Source: Bugula neritina
Taxonomy: Eukaryota > Animalia > Bryozoa
Length of the DNA: 64,000 nucleotides
Direction of reading: 5' to 3'
Assembly (NCBI GenBank): GCA_964035545.1
Contig: OZ037766.1
Span: 9,104,722-9,168,721, forward strand
Below the pieces are notes generated by a model that searched no databases, had not been told where the DNA came from, and saw nothing but the letters and a program-made list of their open reading frames with translations. Numbering within the stretch: position 1 is the stretch's first letter; every line of letters begins with the position of its first letter. Made by a program: the position numbers and the translations under genes. Below, one piece after another: positions 63,201 through 64,000 of this stretch.

Positions 63201-63791
63201 TACATTGGCAGCGAATATATGCGTTTTCCTTTCTGTGAATATTTGCTTGCAAAACAATGTTTTTCCTATAATAACTCAGGTAACGTTCTTGAAAATGCCC
63301 AGTTGTATAATATATTACAGCATGTTTATAAGTGTAATATAATAAAAACAACATCATGTTATACTTTAGGAGCTAATTATACAGGCTAGGTTTATTGCAG
63401 TCACTGCATTTCCATGAATGTGCATTATGGGAATGGATGCCGTAGGGATTAATTTGTGATTGTGGTTTCCTTCACTGTAACTTTCCATAAGACAAATGAA
63501 AAATCCATTTGCATAATGTGAATCATGGAAATATAGTGAATGTACAGAGTGCTATAACCTGTTTGACTGAAAAGTTGGATTCTGAATAATTTTGTTCTCA
63601 GGCCATCAGTTTATGTTTACCCGTTGGATTAATTTTGGTGCAAACCAACTCGAATTTTATGTACCAAATTTGGTGTCTAAAACATCCTTTTCCAAATTTG
63701 CTATTGTTTTTTTTCAGGTAACAGCTATCAATTGAAGAACTTGAAAAAATCTACTGCCAAAATATTTTACACAGTTACGTCAATGTCTTGA
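57299..63791 (+). CDS. CENPC: Centromere protein C (CENP-C/Mif2); 5' end uncertain
   Basis: In-phase exons at about 57299-57383, 57605-57653, 57927-58672, 59103-59166, 59260-59363, 59522-59714, 60142-60320, 60538-60654, 61219-61290, 61392-61544, 62458-62633, 63066-63159 and 63718-63791. Long Ser/Thr-rich disordered region, CENP-C motif GLRRSKRTKLPLLRHYAGERPIY, and C-terminal cupin CGEIILDAFSEK..TFCVLEGAVLLTIN..HDSFIVPEGNSYQLKNL..AKIFYT. Confidence 0.85.
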
Positions 63792-64000
63792 GGAAAAAAG
63801 AAACACTTTTTCATAATTGCTGGTACTAGCAAAGTTTATAACTTGTGTAACAATTTTCTTTACTTTGGCTCACTTTTTGGTATGTCTCTGGAAATAATAA
63901 CATTAAGATAATATATAATGCAAATATTATTATGTTGAAAAATGTTGATTTCTATGATTTTTACATAGTCTGGCTCTCATTTGTTATAGATTTTAATGAC

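Noticed and set aside
24882-63791. Functional cluster of chromosome/cell-cycle genes (SYCE2-like, SKP2, CENP-C)
   Set aside because: They are interspersed with unrelated housekeeping genes; the co-location is compatible with chance in a gene-dense region.

Overview
AT-rich, intron-rich animal (invertebrate-like) genomic DNA with eight spliced protein-coding genes that I could reconstruct exon by exon: DDX46/Prp5 (+), ATP synthase subunit g (+, absent from the ORF track), a KLHL2/3-kelch orthologue (-), a SYCE2-like coiled-coil gene (+), CIAO1 (-), SKP2 (-), TMEM55/PIP4P (+) and CENP-C (+). Mobile DNA includes a decayed Tc1/mariner element with perfect 27-bp TIRs, a near-intact CR1/L2-group LINE (YADD mutated to YADN, one frameshift in ORF1), four copies of a tRNA-derived SINE, and several MITE/HINE-like elements. 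The most striking unexplained pattern is that all eight genes carry a roughly 0.4-1.3 kb degenerate, strand-symmetric 3/6-nt-periodic tract (AGT/ACT/AAT/ATG/ATC-type units) in their 5'-most intron. These tracts flank both bidirectional promoters symmetrically, and I did not see them in internal introns. Promoter regions also hold perfect 1-nt-spacer palindromes, a 33-bp transposon-footprint-like insert with an 8-bp TSD, a templated 53-bp insertion and a hammerhead-like motif. Transcription starts are inferred from splice donors, not observed; family assignments rest on remembered motifs, not database searches.
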